In this document: positions 1 through 9,645 of the stretch, piece after piece | How positions within the stretch are numbered: the first letter of the stretch is position 1 | Layout: every line of letters begins with the position of its first letter | NCBI GenBank assembly: GCA_958420355.1 | Contig: CATZJG010000004.1 | Location: forward strand, 69,972-133,971 | Source of the DNA: an uncultured Collinsella sp. | GTDB lineage: Bacteria; Actinomycetota; Coriobacteriia; Coriobacteriales; Coriobacteriaceae | Reading direction: 5' to 3' | DNA length: 64,000 bases | Notes under the pieces: generated by a model | Database searches by the model: none | What the model was told of the DNA's origin: nothing | The model's input: the letters and a program-made list of their open reading frames with translations, nothing else | Made by a program: the position numbers and the translations under genes

Positions 1-868
1 GCATATTGAGCTCGTCGGGGCAGGTGGCCATAACGTCCTTAAGGACGTACTTGAGCATGGCCTCGGCGTTGTCCATGTAGTCGTTAAGGTCGGCAAAGGC
101 CATCTCGGGCTCGATCATCCAAAACTCGGCGGCGTGGCGCGTGGTGTTGGAGTTCTCGGCACGGAAGGTGGGGCCAAAGGTGTACACGTCACCAAAGGCC
201 ATGGCAAAGTTCTCGGCATTGAGCTGGCCGGACACGGTGAGGCTTGCATGCTTGCCAAAGAAGTCCTGGCTCCAGTCGACCTCGCCGGACTCGGTGAGGG
301 GCGGATTTTTGGGGTCGAGCGTGGTCACGCGGAACATCTCGCCGGCGCCCTCGCAGTCACTCGTGGTGATGATGGGGGTGTTGACGTAGACAAAGCCCTG
401 CTCCTGGAAGAAGCGGTGGATGGCGGCAGCCGCGACAGAGCGGATGCGGAACACGGCGCGGAACAGGTTGGTGCGCGGGCGCAGGTGCTGCTGGGTGCGC
501 AGGAACTCGACGGTTGCGCGCTTCTTCTGCAGCGGGTAATCCGGGGCGCTCGTGCCCTCGACCTCGATGGAGGTGGCAGAAAGCTCGAAAGGCTGGGGCG
601 CATCGGGGGTCAGCTTGACGGTGCCGGTGCAAATGAGTGCGGCCGAGACGTTTTGATGGGCGATCTCGTCGTAGTTGTCGAGTGCCTCGCGGTTCATGAC
701 GACCTGCAGGTCGCGGAAGCAGCTGCCGTCGTTGAGCGTAACAAAGCCAAAGTTCTTCATGTCGCGGACGGACTTGACCCAGCCGGCGACGGTGACGGTC
801 TGGCCGCCGAGCGACTCGGCATCGGCATAGAGCTGCGCGATTTTGGTGCGGTTCACGTATCCTCCCAT
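1..868 (-). CDS. asnS: asparagine--tRNA ligase, N-terminal ~289 codons (3' end lies beyond the window start)
   Basis: The minus frame is open from ATG 868 to the window edge. It is missing from the ORF track because it has no in-window stop. The translation contains [28 protein letters not shown] (AsnRS class II signature) and [22 protein letters not shown]. An alternative GTG start lies at 856. Confidence 0.9.
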   Translation of the reverse strand, partial: MGGYVNRTKIAQLYADAESLGGQTVTVAGWVKSVRDMKNFGFVTLNDGSCFRDLQVVMNREALDNYDEIAHQNVSAALICTGTVKLTPDAPQPFELSATSIEVEGTSAPDYPLQKKRATVEFLRTQQHLRPRTNLFRAVFRIRSVAAAAIHRFFQEQGFVYVNTPIITTSDCEGAGEMFRVTTLDPKNPPLTESGEVDWSQDFFGKHASLTVSGQLNAENFAMAFGDVYTFGPTFRAENSNTTRHAAEFWMIEPEMAFADLNDYMDNAEAMLKYVLKDVMATCPDELNM

Positions 869-960
869 AACGGTTGAATGATAGTTATCCATACAGTTCG
901 ATATTCTAGCAGCTCGGCTCATTTGGGCTATACAGATAAGGCATTGGCGGGATGGTTTTT

Positions 961-1000
961 CAAACGAAAAGCGCCCGCGGCCAAATGGTCGCGGGCGCTT
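961..1000 (-). terminator. hairpin plus T-rich tail downstream of the EIIA gene
   Basis: AAGCGCCCGCG (969-979) pairs with CGCGGGCGCTT (990-1000). On the minus strand it is followed by TTCGTTTG. Confidence 0.5.
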
Positions 1001-1037
1001 GACGAGGTGCCTTTTGGCTGTGTGGCGTGGGGCCTGG

Positions 1038-1601
1038 CTACTTGGTCTTGGCAACCAACAGCGGGTCGCCAAGCTTGACGAGCGGGTTGCCGCCGATAAG
1101 CGTTCCAGACTCGCCGACATGGTCGATGCTCTTAAGACGATCGAGCTCGGAGACGATGACGGTCACGATGTCCTCGTGACCAGCGGCCTTAATGGCCTCG
1201 CGGTCGAAGCTGATGAGCGGCTGGCCTGCCTTGACCACATCGCCCATCTCAACAAAGCGGGCAAAACCCTTGCCGTTCATTTCCACGGTGCCCAGGCCGA
1301 CATGGATAAACACGCGAAGACCGTCTTCGGTGATCATGCCGATGGAGTGGTTGGTGACAGTGGTGGCACCGATGCGGCCGTTGGCGGGCGCATAGATGGT
1401 GCCGGTAATGGGCTCGATGCCATAGCCCTGGCCAAGCATGCCCGAGGCGATCGTCTCGTCGGGAACCTCGTTCAGGTTGACGAGCACGCCGTTGACGGGG
1501 GCATAGATGACGCCTTCGCGGGTAGCGAAGCTTGCTGCGGGCGGAACGGACGCCTCGCCGGTCGAGGTGAAGGTGGACCTAAGCGAATCGAGCAGACCCA
1601 T
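1038..1601 (-). CDS. PTS glucose-family EIIA component
   Basis: [14 protein letters not shown] and [14 protein letters not shown] match the EIIA-Glc phosphohistidine region. I moved the start to ATG 1601, which is preceded by GGAGG. The track ORF begins further upstream at 1682. Confidence 0.85.
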   Translation of the reverse strand: MGLLDSLRSTFTSTGEASVPPAASFATREGVIYAPVNGVLVNLNEVPDETIASGMLGQGYGIEPITGTIYAPANGRIGATTVTNHSIGMITEDGLRVFIHVGLGTVEMNGKGFARFVEMGDVVKAGQPLISFDREAIKAAGHEDIVTVIVSELDRLKSIDHVGESGTLIGGNPLVKLGDPLLVAKTK

Positions 1602-1844
1602 AGTTGCCTCCAACTTAAATAGGCGCATATCGCGCGTTTGGTTTGCCGGAAACGTTTCACATGTGTTTCGCGGCTTGGTCAACGCCCCTATTCTACGCTG
1701 CTCAACGATACCTCTGAACTGGGATTATGTGATATATCAGTTGAAGGGAAACTTATTGCCGGAGTGTTTCTGCGCCACGGGTTCAAGTGGGGTACGCTTG
1801 AAGGCGAAAAACAAGGGCGCATAATTTGCGCGAAGGGAGCACAT

Positions 1845-2747
1845 ATGATTGTCGAGAACCATGCGCTGTGGGGCGAGGAGCCGACCGAGGATTATCCGGC
1901 GACGTTTACGTATTTGGGTGCCGAGCCGTTGCCCGATAAACCGAATGGCCGCCGCCCCGCGGTGATTATCTGTGGCGGAGGTGCGTTTACGCATATCGCT
2001 CCGCATGAGCAGGATCCTGTGGCGTTTGCGTTTTTGGATCACGGTTACCAGGCCTTTGTGCTCAACTATGTCACGAGTTCTACGGGTGACGTGAGCTTTC
2101 CGCACCCCCAGGCAGATCTTGCCAAGATGGTCGCCATGGTGCGCGCCAACGCCGACGAGTGGCATGTCGATCCCAAGCGCGTGTGCGTCGTGGGCTTTTC
2201 TGCTGGCGGCATGATTTGCGCCTCGCTGGCAACACAGTGGAAGACCGGCCCCTTTGCGGCACTTGCCGGGGCGCGTCCGGACGACATTCGTCCCGATGCC
2301 GTGGTGCTGGGCTATCCATTGCTCGACTTTGCCTATGTGCGCGACATGCAGACGCGCGATCCGCGCATTGACTTGCGTGTGCCCAAGACGGGCGGCAAGA
2401 CGGGGCGCGATTTGCTCAACGACTACCTGTCGATGGTGACGGGCGGCGAGGCAACTGACGAGCATCTGGCCGACATCTGCCCCACCACGCATGTTTCGCG
2501 TCAGATGCCACCGACCTTTGTGTGGGGCGTGTCCGACGACAAGACGGCGCCGATCGCGCAGGTCTACCCGTTTGCGCAGCGCATGGCCGAGGAGGGCGTT
2601 GCATGCGAGATGCACGTCTTCGACCAGGGTGGTCACGGCCTTTCGCTCGGCAACGCCAACACCGCGGTCGACAACGAGGACAAGCAGGTGGCGGTCCGTC
2701 CCTGGATCCGCCTGGCCTTCCGCTTCCTCGAGCGCCACGGGTTTTAG
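1845..2747 (+). CDS. alpha/beta hydrolase (esterase/lipase-like)
   Basis: GFSAGG nucleophile elbow and a CGGGAF oxyanion-type motif. ATG 1845 is preceded by GAAGGGAG. The upstream part of the track ORF has no support. Confidence 0.8.
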   Translation: MIVENHALWGEEPTEDYPATFTYLGAEPLPDKPNGRRPAVIICGGGAFTHIAPHEQDPVAFAFLDHGYQAFVLNYVTSSTGDVSFPHPQADLAKMVAMVRANADEWHVDPKRVCVVGFSAGGMICASLATQWKTGPFAALAGARPDDIRPDAVVLGYPLLDFAYVRDMQTRDPRIDLRVPKTGGKTGRDLLNDYLSMVTGGEATDEHLADICPTTHVSRQMPPTFVWGVSDDKTAPIAQVYPFAQRMAEEGVACEMHVFDQGGHGLSLGNANTAVDNEDKQVAVRPWIRLAFRFLERHGF

Positions 2748-2927
2748 TTACGGCGTTTTACCAAACGCCGTAACCACTTGACGCTGCAAGCCCGCCAGGG
2801 CGGCAATCTGCCTTTCAACTTCGGCGGCATGACCAGAAGGTCAATGCCGCCTCGTTTCAAGGCACCTTGCTCGCTCTGGCGGGCTTTCGCTGTCCGCGCC
2901 AAAACATCGGCGTTGCCATGGCCCAGA

Positions 2928-2979
2928 TGCGGCACTTGGGGACGTTCCTTTTGTGCCGGCACTTGGGGACGGTCCTTGC
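2928..2979. repeat. two tandem ~26-nt units (TGCCGGCA + TTGGGGACG(T/G)TCC)
   Basis: TGCGGCACTTGGGGACGTTCCTTTT is followed by GTGCCGGCACTTGGGGACGGTCCTTGC. The same unit type recurs at 47574-47645. Confidence 0.6.
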
Positions 2980-3036
2980 AGCAATCTGTCGATTGAACGT
3001 CGTTGCGTGTTCACGCTATCATGTAAGCTTAAAATT

Positions 3037-3070
3037 GGTTAGCCATGGCAAACGGTTAGCCTTGGTGAAC
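3037..3070. promoter_or_regulatory. candidate metalloregulator operator upstream of feoAB (two abutting 17-bp units)
   Basis: GGTTAGCCATGGCAAAC abuts GGTTAGCCTTGGTGAAC. Within the first unit, GTTAGCCATGGCAAAC is 14/16 self-complementary. GGTTAGCC resembles a DtxR/IdeR-type half-site. The site lies ~45 nt before the feoAB start. Confidence 0.3.
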
Positions 3071-3112
3071 ATAAATACAACGCCCTGTGGGCGCCGGGGG
3101 AGGAACACGGAC

Positions 3113-5473
3113 GTGAAGCTCGATACACTCGAGATTGGAAAGGACGCCGTTGTCGCATCGGTGGCATCGGACGATCAGGCACTCCGACAGCATATTTTGG
3201 ACATGGGTCTAACGCCGGGCACCGAAGTCACCATGATGAAGTACGCCCCCATGGGTGACCCGCTCGAGATCCGCCTGCGTGGCTACGAGTTGACACTGCG
3301 TAAGGACGATGCCGCTCGCATCGAGCTCGTGGGTATTCACGACACCGATACGGGTCCGCGCGCTAACGCCGCAATCGGCACGACGGAGCATCCGGCCCTG
3401 GGCGAGGGGACGTATTCGCCCCGTGCGGCAAAGACGGCCGTGCCAGAGGGCGCGCCGCTGCACTTTGCCCTCGCCGGAAACCAAAACTGCGGCAAGACCA
3501 CGTTATTCAACCAGCTGACGGGCTCCAACCAGCACGTCGGTAACTTTCCCGGCGTGACGGTCGACCGCAAAGATGGCACCATCCGTAACCATCCCGAGGC
3601 GAGCGTTACCGACCTGCCCGGCATTTACTCCCTGTCGCCGTACACAGGCGAGGAGGTCGTGAGCCGTCAGTTCATCCTCGACGAGCGTCCGGACGCCATC
3701 ATCGACATCATTGACGCCACCAACATCGAGCGCAACCTGTACCTGACACTGCAGCTCATGGAGCTTGACCGTCCTATGGTCATCGCGCTCAACATGATGG
3801 ACGAGGTGACCGCCAACGGCGGCGCCGTAGACGTCAACTTGCTCGAGAGCCTGTTGGGCGTGCCCGTTGTTCCCATTAGCGCTGCCCGCAACGAGGGCAT
3901 CGGCGAGCTGGTGGACCACGCCCTGCACGTGGCGCGGTTCCGCGAGCGCCCTGGTCGCCTGGACTTTTGCGCGCCCGACGGTCCGGACGGCGGTGCGCTG
4001 CATCGCTGCATCCACGGTATTGCTAACCTGATCGAGGACCATGCCGTGACGGCGCACATCCCGGTGCGCTTTGCGGCGACCAAGCTGGTCGAGGGCGATG
4101 AGCTGGTAACCGAGGCGCTTCACCTGGATCGCAACGAGCTCGACGCTATCGAGCACATCATCACCCAGATGGAGGGCGAGGCCGGCACCGACCGCCTATC
4201 TGCGCTGGCCGATATGCGTTTTAGCTTTATCGGCGACGTGTGCGGGCGTTGCGTCGTCAAGCCGCACGAGAGTCGCGAGCACGTGCGCTCCGTCAAGATT
4301 GACCGCATCCTGACAGGTCGTTACACAGCCATTCCGGCGTTTCTGGTGATCATGGGCCTCGTCTTTTGGCTGACGTTTGGCGTGATCGGCGCGGCGTTGC
4401 AGGGACTCATGGAGGACGGTATCGCTGCCATCATCGCCTCGGCCGATGCGGGCCTCAAGGCGTTCGGTACCAACGACGTGGTGCGCTCGCTGGCTGTCGA
4501 CGGCGTGCTTACGGGCGTGGGCAGTGTGCTGACCTTCCTGCCGATTATCGTCGTGCTCTTTTTGTTCCTCTCCATTCTGGAAGACTCCGGATACATGGCG
4601 CGCGTGGCCTTTGTCATGGATAAGGTGTTGCGTCGCTTTGGCCTGTCGGGCCGCAGTTTTGTGCCCATGCTCGTCGGTTTTGGCTGCACCGTGCCGGCTA
4701 TCATGTCGACCCGTACGCTCCCATCCGAGCACGACCGCAAGATGACGGTCATGCTCACGCCGTTTATGAGCTGCTCAGCCAAGCTGCCGGTTTACGGCTT
4801 GCTGTGCGGGGCGTTTTTCCCGCAGGCGACGGTTCCCGCCATGGTCTCGCTCTATCTGATCGGTATCGTGGTCGGCTGCGTCGCGGCTTTGGTGCTCAAC
4901 CGCACGGCATTTAAGGGCGACCCGGTGCCGTTTATCATGGAGCTCCCCAATTACCGCCTGCCGAGCGTCAAGACGACGGTGATGCTGGCATGGGATAAGG
5001 CCAAGGACTTCATCACCAAGGCCTTTACCATTATCTTTGCCGCGACCGTGGTCATCTGGTTCCTTCAGACGTTCGACATCCGCTTTAACGTGGTCGCCGA
5101 CCAGTCGCAAAGCCTGCTTGCCGGTCTGGGTAGCATCATCGCGCCGGTGTTGGCCCCGCTCGGCTTTGGCGACTGGCGCGCCTCGACGGCGCTCGTCACG
5201 GGGCTCATTGCCAAGGAGAGCGTCATCTCGACGCTCACGGTGCTTTTGGGCGCAACCTCTCCCGCGGTGCTGTCAACTATGTTTTCGCCGTTTACCGCCT
5301 ACGTGTTCTTGGTCTTTACGTTGCTGTACCCGCCTTGTGTGGCGGCAATCGGCGCCGTCAAGAGCGAGTTGGGCGCGCGCTATGCCGTGGCCGTATTCGC
5401 GTTTCAGGTCGCCGTTGCCTGGATCGTGGCGTTTGTCGTGCATTCGGCGGGCATATTGCTGGGGTTGGCTTAG
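3113..5473 (+). CDS. feoB: fused FeoA-FeoB ferrous iron transporter
   Basis: The N-terminal FeoA-like domain (LGLTPGTEVTMMKYAPMGDPLEIRLRGYELTLRK) is followed by the FeoB G-domain (ALAGNQNCGKTTLFNQLTG, NFPGVTVDRKDG) and a polytopic membrane domain. GTG 3113 is preceded by GGGGGAGGA. Confidence 0.9.
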   Translation: MKLDTLEIGKDAVVASVASDDQALRQHILDMGLTPGTEVTMMKYAPMGDPLEIRLRGYELTLRKDDAARIELVGIHDTDTGPRANAAIGTTEHPALGEGTYSPRAAKTAVPEGAPLHFALAGNQNCGKTTLFNQLTGSNQHVGNFPGVTVDRKDGTIRNHPEASVTDLPGIYSLSPYTGEEVVSRQFILDERPDAIIDIIDATNIERNLYLTLQLMELDRPMVIALNMMDEVTANGGAVDVNLLESLLGVPVVPISAARNEGIGELVDHALHVARFRERPGRLDFCAPDGPDGGALHRCIHGIANLIEDHAVTAHIPVRFAATKLVEGDELVTEALHLDRNELDAIEHIITQMEGEAGTDRLSALADMRFSFIGDVCGRCVVKPHESREHVRSVKIDRILTGRYTAIPAFLVIMGLVFWLTFGVIGAALQGLMEDGIAAIIASADAGLKAFGTNDVVRSLAVDGVLTGVGSVLTFLPIIVVLFLFLSILEDSGYMARVAFVMDKVLRRFGLSGRSFVPMLVGFGCTVPAIMSTRTLPSEHDRKMTVMLTPFMSCSAKLPVYGLLCGAFFPQATVPAMVSLYLIGIVVGCVAALVLNRTAFKGDPVPFIMELPNYRLPSVKTTVMLAWDKAKDFITKAFTIIFAATVVIWFLQTFDIRFNVVADQSQSLLAGLGSIIAPVLAPLGFGDWRASTALVTGLIAKESVISTLTVLLGATSPAVLSTMFSPFTAYVFLVFTLLYPPCVAAIGAVKSELGARYAVAVFAFQVAVAWIVAFVVHSAGILLGLA

Positions 5474-5594
5474 TTATTTATTGACGGCGCAACCTCTGTG
5501 TATCGAATTGTTTTCAGCCCTGCATCTGTTGCTGACGGATGCGGGGCCGTTGCTATATAATCGCCTCCGCTCAAAACGATTGGAGACGTTATAT

Positions 5595-6791
5595 ATGACT
5601 CAGACAAGGCAAGACGGCATCACGCTCAAGCAGTGGCTCCCACTCGTCGGGCTCACCTGCTGTGCGTTCGTGTTCAACACGTCGGAGTTTATGCCCATCG
5701 GCCTTTTGACTGATATCGCCGCGTCGTTCTCGCTCACCGAGGCCCAGGCGGGCATCATGATCTCGGTCTATGCCTGGGGCGTCATGCTGCTGTCGCTGCC
5801 GCTCATGGTGTTCGCCTCGCGCTTTGAGTTCAAGCGGATGCTGCTGGGCGTGCTGGCCGTGTTCTCGCTCGGTCAGTTCCTGTCCGCTGTGGCGCCGACC
5901 TATCCCATCCTGGTCTGCGCGCGTCTGGTGGTCGCTTGCGCACATGCCGTGTTCTGGTCGGTCGCCTCGATTATGGCCTCGCGCCTGGTCGACACTCGCC
6001 ACGGCGCGCTCGCCATCAGCATGATCGCTACGGGCTCGTCCATCGCGCAGATCTTTGGCCTGCCGCTCGGTCGCGCCATTGGCTTGGCCGTGGGCTGGCG
6101 CATGACGTTTGCCGTGGTCGGGGGCCTCTCAGCCATCGCGGTCGTCTACCAGGCAGCGGTGTTCCCGGCCATGCCGGCGGGTGAGCGCTTTACCGTCAAA
6201 CAGCTGCCCGAACTGCTCAAGAACCCGCTCCTCATCGCGCTCTACGCAGTCACGGTCTTCATGGCGACCGGCTATTACGCAAGCTACAGCTATATCGAGC
6301 CCTTCCTGGCGCAGGTCGCGCACGTCGATGCGGGTGCCATTACCATGACGCTGACGGCGTTTGGCTGCTCTGGTTTGCTCGGAAGCTGGCTGTTTGGCCG
6401 CCTGTTCGATGGGCATCGCTTCCCGTTCTTGGCTATCACGCTCTCCGGCGTGCCGGCGGCCCTGCTGCTCATGGGTTCGGCCGCATCGTCGCTCGCTGCG
6501 GTTCTCGCTGTGTGCGCACTGTGGGGTTGCTGCGCCACGGCCTTTAACGTGGCGTTTCAGGCCGAGCTCATCAAGCACACGTCGGCAGATTCGTCGGCCG
6601 TCGCCATGTCGATCTTCTCGGGCCTGTTTAACCTCGGTATTGGCACGGGCACCGCAATCGGCGGCGCCGTGGTTTCGGGTCCCGGCATCGCTTGGATCGG
6701 CTTCGCGGGCGGGTCGATTGCCGTCGTGGGCGTCATCCTCGCCATCACCGTGCTGTTTCCGGCCATCCGCCGCGCCAAGCCCGTCGCCTAA
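5595..6791 (+). CDS. MFS transporter (sugar-efflux/arabinose-efflux-like)
   Basis: About 12 hydrophobic segments and an MFS-type N-terminus (FVFNTSEFMPIGLLTDIA). I chose ATG 5595 because the upstream part of the track ORF overlaps feoB in another frame. Confidence 0.85.
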   Translation: MTQTRQDGITLKQWLPLVGLTCCAFVFNTSEFMPIGLLTDIAASFSLTEAQAGIMISVYAWGVMLLSLPLMVFASRFEFKRMLLGVLAVFSLGQFLSAVAPTYPILVCARLVVACAHAVFWSVASIMASRLVDTRHGALAISMIATGSSIAQIFGLPLGRAIGLAVGWRMTFAVVGGLSAIAVVYQAAVFPAMPAGERFTVKQLPELLKNPLLIALYAVTVFMATGYYASYSYIEPFLAQVAHVDAGAITMTLTAFGCSGLLGSWLFGRLFDGHRFPFLAITLSGVPAALLLMGSAASSLAAVLAVCALWGCCATAFNVAFQAELIKHTSADSSAVAMSIFSGLFNLGIGTGTAIGGAVVSGPGIAWIGFAGGSIAVVGVILAITVLFPAIRRAKPVA

Positions 6792-6806
6792 TCACGTCCC
6801 CTCATC

Positions 6807-6873
6807 AGTTGCGGTGGAATAGTTCCTGTTTAAGGCTTCTGAAGGCCCAGACAGGAACTATTCCACCGCAACT
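6807..6873 (+). terminator. long perfect hairpin (23-bp stem) followed by TATTTTGG
   Basis: AGTTGCGGTGGAATAGTTCCTGT (6807-6829) is the exact reverse complement of ACAGGAACTATTCCACCGCAACT (6851-6873). The loop is 21 nt. Confidence 0.6.
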
Positions 6874-6944
6874 TATTTTGGGGGAGAGGATACAAGCTGG
6901 GCATACAATGGATGTCGTTGTGTTGAGCTTACCGGGAGGCTGTT

Positions 6945-8321
6945 ATGTGGGCATACGAGACGACGTTCTATCAGATCTATCCGCTGGGCTTTTGCGGGGC
7001 TCCGCGCGAAAACGCCGCGCCCGTTGCCGAGGGTGAGCTCGCCCAGGCTGCCAACGCCGCGCCCAACCCCGATGCTCCTATCATGAAGGTCGCCCAATGG
7101 GCCGACTACATGCAGGAACTCGGCGTTGGCGCTGTGCTCATCAACCCACCGCTCGAATCTGATAGCCACGGCTACGATACACGCAGCCTGCGCCATATCG
7201 ACCGTCGCCTGGGTGGGGACGCCGACTTTGCCGCCGTATGCGACACGCTGCATGCCCATGGCATCCGCGTGGTGCTCGATGCCGTCTTCAACCACGTCGG
7301 CCGCGGTTTTTGGGCCTTCCGCGATGTGCAGGAGCGCAAGTGGGACTCGCCGTACAAGGACTGGTTCCACATTAGCTTTGACGGCGATTCCTGCTATGGC
7401 GATGGCTTTTGGTACGAGGGCTGGGAAGGCCATTTTGAGCTTGTGAAGCTCAACCTGCAAAATCCCGCTGTGGTCGATTACCTGCTCGAGTCCGTGCGCC
7501 GCTGGGCCGAGGTCTTTGGCGTCGACGGCCTGCGCCTGGACGTTGCCTATATGCTCGACCGCGACTTTATGCGCCGCCTGCACGCCTTTACCCGTGAGCT
7601 CAAGCCCGACTTTGTGCTGATCGGCGAGACGCTCCACGGCGACTACAACCAAATCGTCAACGACGAGATGCTCGACTCCTGCACCAACTACGAGTGCTAC
7701 AAGGGCCTGTACTCCAGCTTTAACTCGGTCAACATGTTCGAGATCGCCCATTCGCTGCACCGCCAGTTTGGCGGCGATCCGTGGTGCATCTACCGCGGCA
7801 AACATCTGCTGTCGTTTGTCGACAACCACGATGTGCCGCGCCTGGCAAGTATCCTCACCGACAAGTCGTGTCTGCGTCCCGCCTACGGCATGCTCTTTGG
7901 CATGCCGGGCATCCCGTGCGTCTACTATGGCAGCGAGTGGGGAATTGCCGGCGAAAAGGGTGGCCCCGATGGCGACTGGGCGCTGCGACCTGCGCTCAAT
8001 GAGCCTGCGCCCAACGAGCTGACGGCGTTCATCACGCAGCTTGCGCACCTTCGCTCGGCCGACGACGCGGCTGCCCGTGCTCTCAACTACGGTGCCTATC
8101 GCAACGTGGTGATCCAGAACAAGCAGCTGCTGTTCGAGCGCGCCTGTGACGGCGCGACGGTACTCGTGGCGGTGAATGCTGTGGGCGAGCCTTACACCTT
8201 TGGCGCCGGCGAGCTCAACGGCTCTTTTGTCGATTTGCTTGCCGACGGTGTGCTCACGGTCGAGCTGACGGGCACCCTCGAGCTTGCGCCCTACGAGGTG
8301 CGTTATCTGCTGAGGGCCTAG
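6945..8321 (+). CDS. glycoside hydrolase family 13 (alpha-amylase superfamily)
   Basis: GH13 conserved regions are present: DAVFNHVG, GVDGLRLDVAYM, IGETLHGDY, FVDNHDVPR. Confidence 0.85.
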   Translation: MWAYETTFYQIYPLGFCGAPRENAAPVAEGELAQAANAAPNPDAPIMKVAQWADYMQELGVGAVLINPPLESDSHGYDTRSLRHIDRRLGGDADFAAVCDTLHAHGIRVVLDAVFNHVGRGFWAFRDVQERKWDSPYKDWFHISFDGDSCYGDGFWYEGWEGHFELVKLNLQNPAVVDYLLESVRRWAEVFGVDGLRLDVAYMLDRDFMRRLHAFTRELKPDFVLIGETLHGDYNQIVNDEMLDSCTNYECYKGLYSSFNSVNMFEIAHSLHRQFGGDPWCIYRGKHLLSFVDNHDVPRLASILTDKSCLRPAYGMLFGMPGIPCVYYGSEWGIAGEKGGPDGDWALRPALNEPAPNELTAFITQLAHLRSADDAAARALNYGAYRNVVIQNKQLLFERACDGATVLVAVNAVGEPYTFGAGELNGSFVDLLADGVLTVELTGTLELAPYEVRYLLRA

Positions 8322-8324
8322 GCC

Positions 8325-8888
8325 ATGGCAACGTCTGACGAGGGCTATCAACATATTGAGCATGGGTTTGAGCCCGTGTTTGACGAGCGTTCGCGCGTTT
8401 TGGTGCTCGGGTCGTTTCCCTCGGTGCTTTCGCGCGCCAATGCCTTTTATTACGGCAACCCTCAGAATCGCTTTTGGCGTGTGATGGCCATGTGCCTCGG
8501 TATGCCTGTGCCGCCCAACGAGGGCGATCCTTTGGCAAGCGGTGAGCCCGCGACGCTCGATGCCTCCATTGCCGCCAAGCGGGCCATGCTGCTGAACGGC
8601 GGCGTGGCCCTGTGGGATGCAATTGAGAGCTGCGACATTAAGGGCTCGAGCGACGCGAGCATCCGCAACGTTGTGCCGGCACATATCGAGCGCATTACCG
8701 ATGCCGCGTCGATCGAGGTCGTTGTCTGTAACGGCGGTACGGCAGGGCGACTCTACAAACGCTACTTGCAAGATCGGACGGGGCTGCCCGCCATCGTCCT
8801 GCCCTCGACAAGTCCTGCCAATGCCGCCTGGCGCCTGGAACGTCTTGTTGAGCGTTGGCACGAAGCCGTTGACTGGGCTGTTATTTAA
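8325..8888 (+). CDS. uracil-DNA glycosylase superfamily protein (DNA-deoxyinosine/hypoxanthine glycosylase-like)
   Basis: LVLGSFPS motif near the N-terminus, NRFW, and PSTSPANA near the C-terminus. These are typical of the small UDG-family enzymes. Confidence 0.7.
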   Translation: MATSDEGYQHIEHGFEPVFDERSRVLVLGSFPSVLSRANAFYYGNPQNRFWRVMAMCLGMPVPPNEGDPLASGEPATLDASIAAKRAMLLNGGVALWDAIESCDIKGSSDASIRNVVPAHIERITDAASIEVVVCNGGTAGRLYKRYLQDRTGLPAIVLPSTSPANAAWRLERLVERWHEAVDWAVI

Positions 8889-8889
8889 T

Positions 8890-9552
8890 TTAGATTTTTG
8901 TTTGAGCGTGGGCGCCCAGACGTTTCAGAACGCCTCGCCAGATCGGCGCGGGCACGGCTGGCTCGGCGCAAACCATGCCGTCGGCGTCGACGTTGGCGGC
9001 ATTGCCGCCGCCAAGTCGCTGTGCATGCTCGACGGAGCAGCCCATGCGCACAGCGCCCACAAGCTTGTCCATGGCCTCCGAAAATGGTCGGCGCAAGAGG
9101 CCCATGCGTGGGGAATGGCGAAGCGCTGCGATGCCGCTGCCGGCGCAGATGGCAATGCCGCCACACCACAATTGGTCATGGCGCTCACATGCCTTGTGCA
9201 GGCGAACAGCGGTCCCACGCGCCTGCTCAGTGCCCTCTTGTGCGGCTCGAATCGCGGCATAGACACGCGTTCCCGTACCGCCAAAGCGCTCAAGCGCCTG
9301 CTCGATGGCTGTCAACGTCTCATCGTCAGCCACATCTTCAATGGCCAGCACGATGCCATCGGCAACGTTGCCGGCGTCATTTGCCTTCAAGTCGACCGGG
9401 CGGGGGAGTGCGGTGCCGGAAAGTTGAGCATAGGCGGCGATGGCATCCTGCAGGTCCCAGAGCAAAAAATCAAGATCGGCGCTATTGGGAATACTGATAT
9501 ACGCAATGGTGTGCAGTGTTTTTGGTACGTCGCCGCGCGCGGTCGTCTCCAT
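8890..9552 (-). CDS. hypothetical protein (220 aa)
   Basis: This is the only frame here with normal amino-acid composition. The overlapping plus-strand ORFs are Arg/Cys-rich nonsense. I recognise no family. It is Cys-containing (LWCGGIAICAGSG, RMGCSVEH). Confidence 0.55.
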   Translation of the reverse strand: METTARGDVPKTLHTIAYISIPNSADLDFLLWDLQDAIAAYAQLSGTALPRPVDLKANDAGNVADGIVLAIEDVADDETLTAIEQALERFGGTGTRVYAAIRAAQEGTEQARGTAVRLHKACERHDQLWCGGIAICAGSGIAALRHSPRMGLLRRPFSEAMDKLVGAVRMGCSVEHAQRLGGGNAANVDADGMVCAEPAVPAPIWRGVLKRLGAHAQTKI

Positions 9553-9645
9553 GCCATCTCCTTTCCGGCTCGTTTCCGTTTAGGTTACACCGTCTGGTGG
9601 CGCCTCGCCGCGCTATCCTAGTGCAACCCTTACGAAAGGAACGCC

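Noticed and set aside
134-877. 247-aa plus-strand ORF at the left edge
   Set aside because: The opposite strand encodes a textbook AsnRS ([25 protein letters not shown]). The plus ORF is Gly/Ala/Val/Asp-rich with no motifs.
2867-3112. N-terminal extension of the feoAB ORF (the track starts at 2867). Similar upstream extensions exist for the ORFs at 1638, 5037, 12496, 34612, 37626, 43247, 53520, 55007 and 58065
   Set aside because: The extensions are Arg/Cys/Pro-rich, overlap upstream genes or repeats, and lack an RBS. Internal starts with Shine-Dalgarno sequences coincide with the conserved N-termini of the respective families.
6873-8861. 662-aa minus-strand ORF across the GH13 and UDG genes
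   Set aside because: It lies antisense to two well-supported plus-strand genes and has no recognisable domains.
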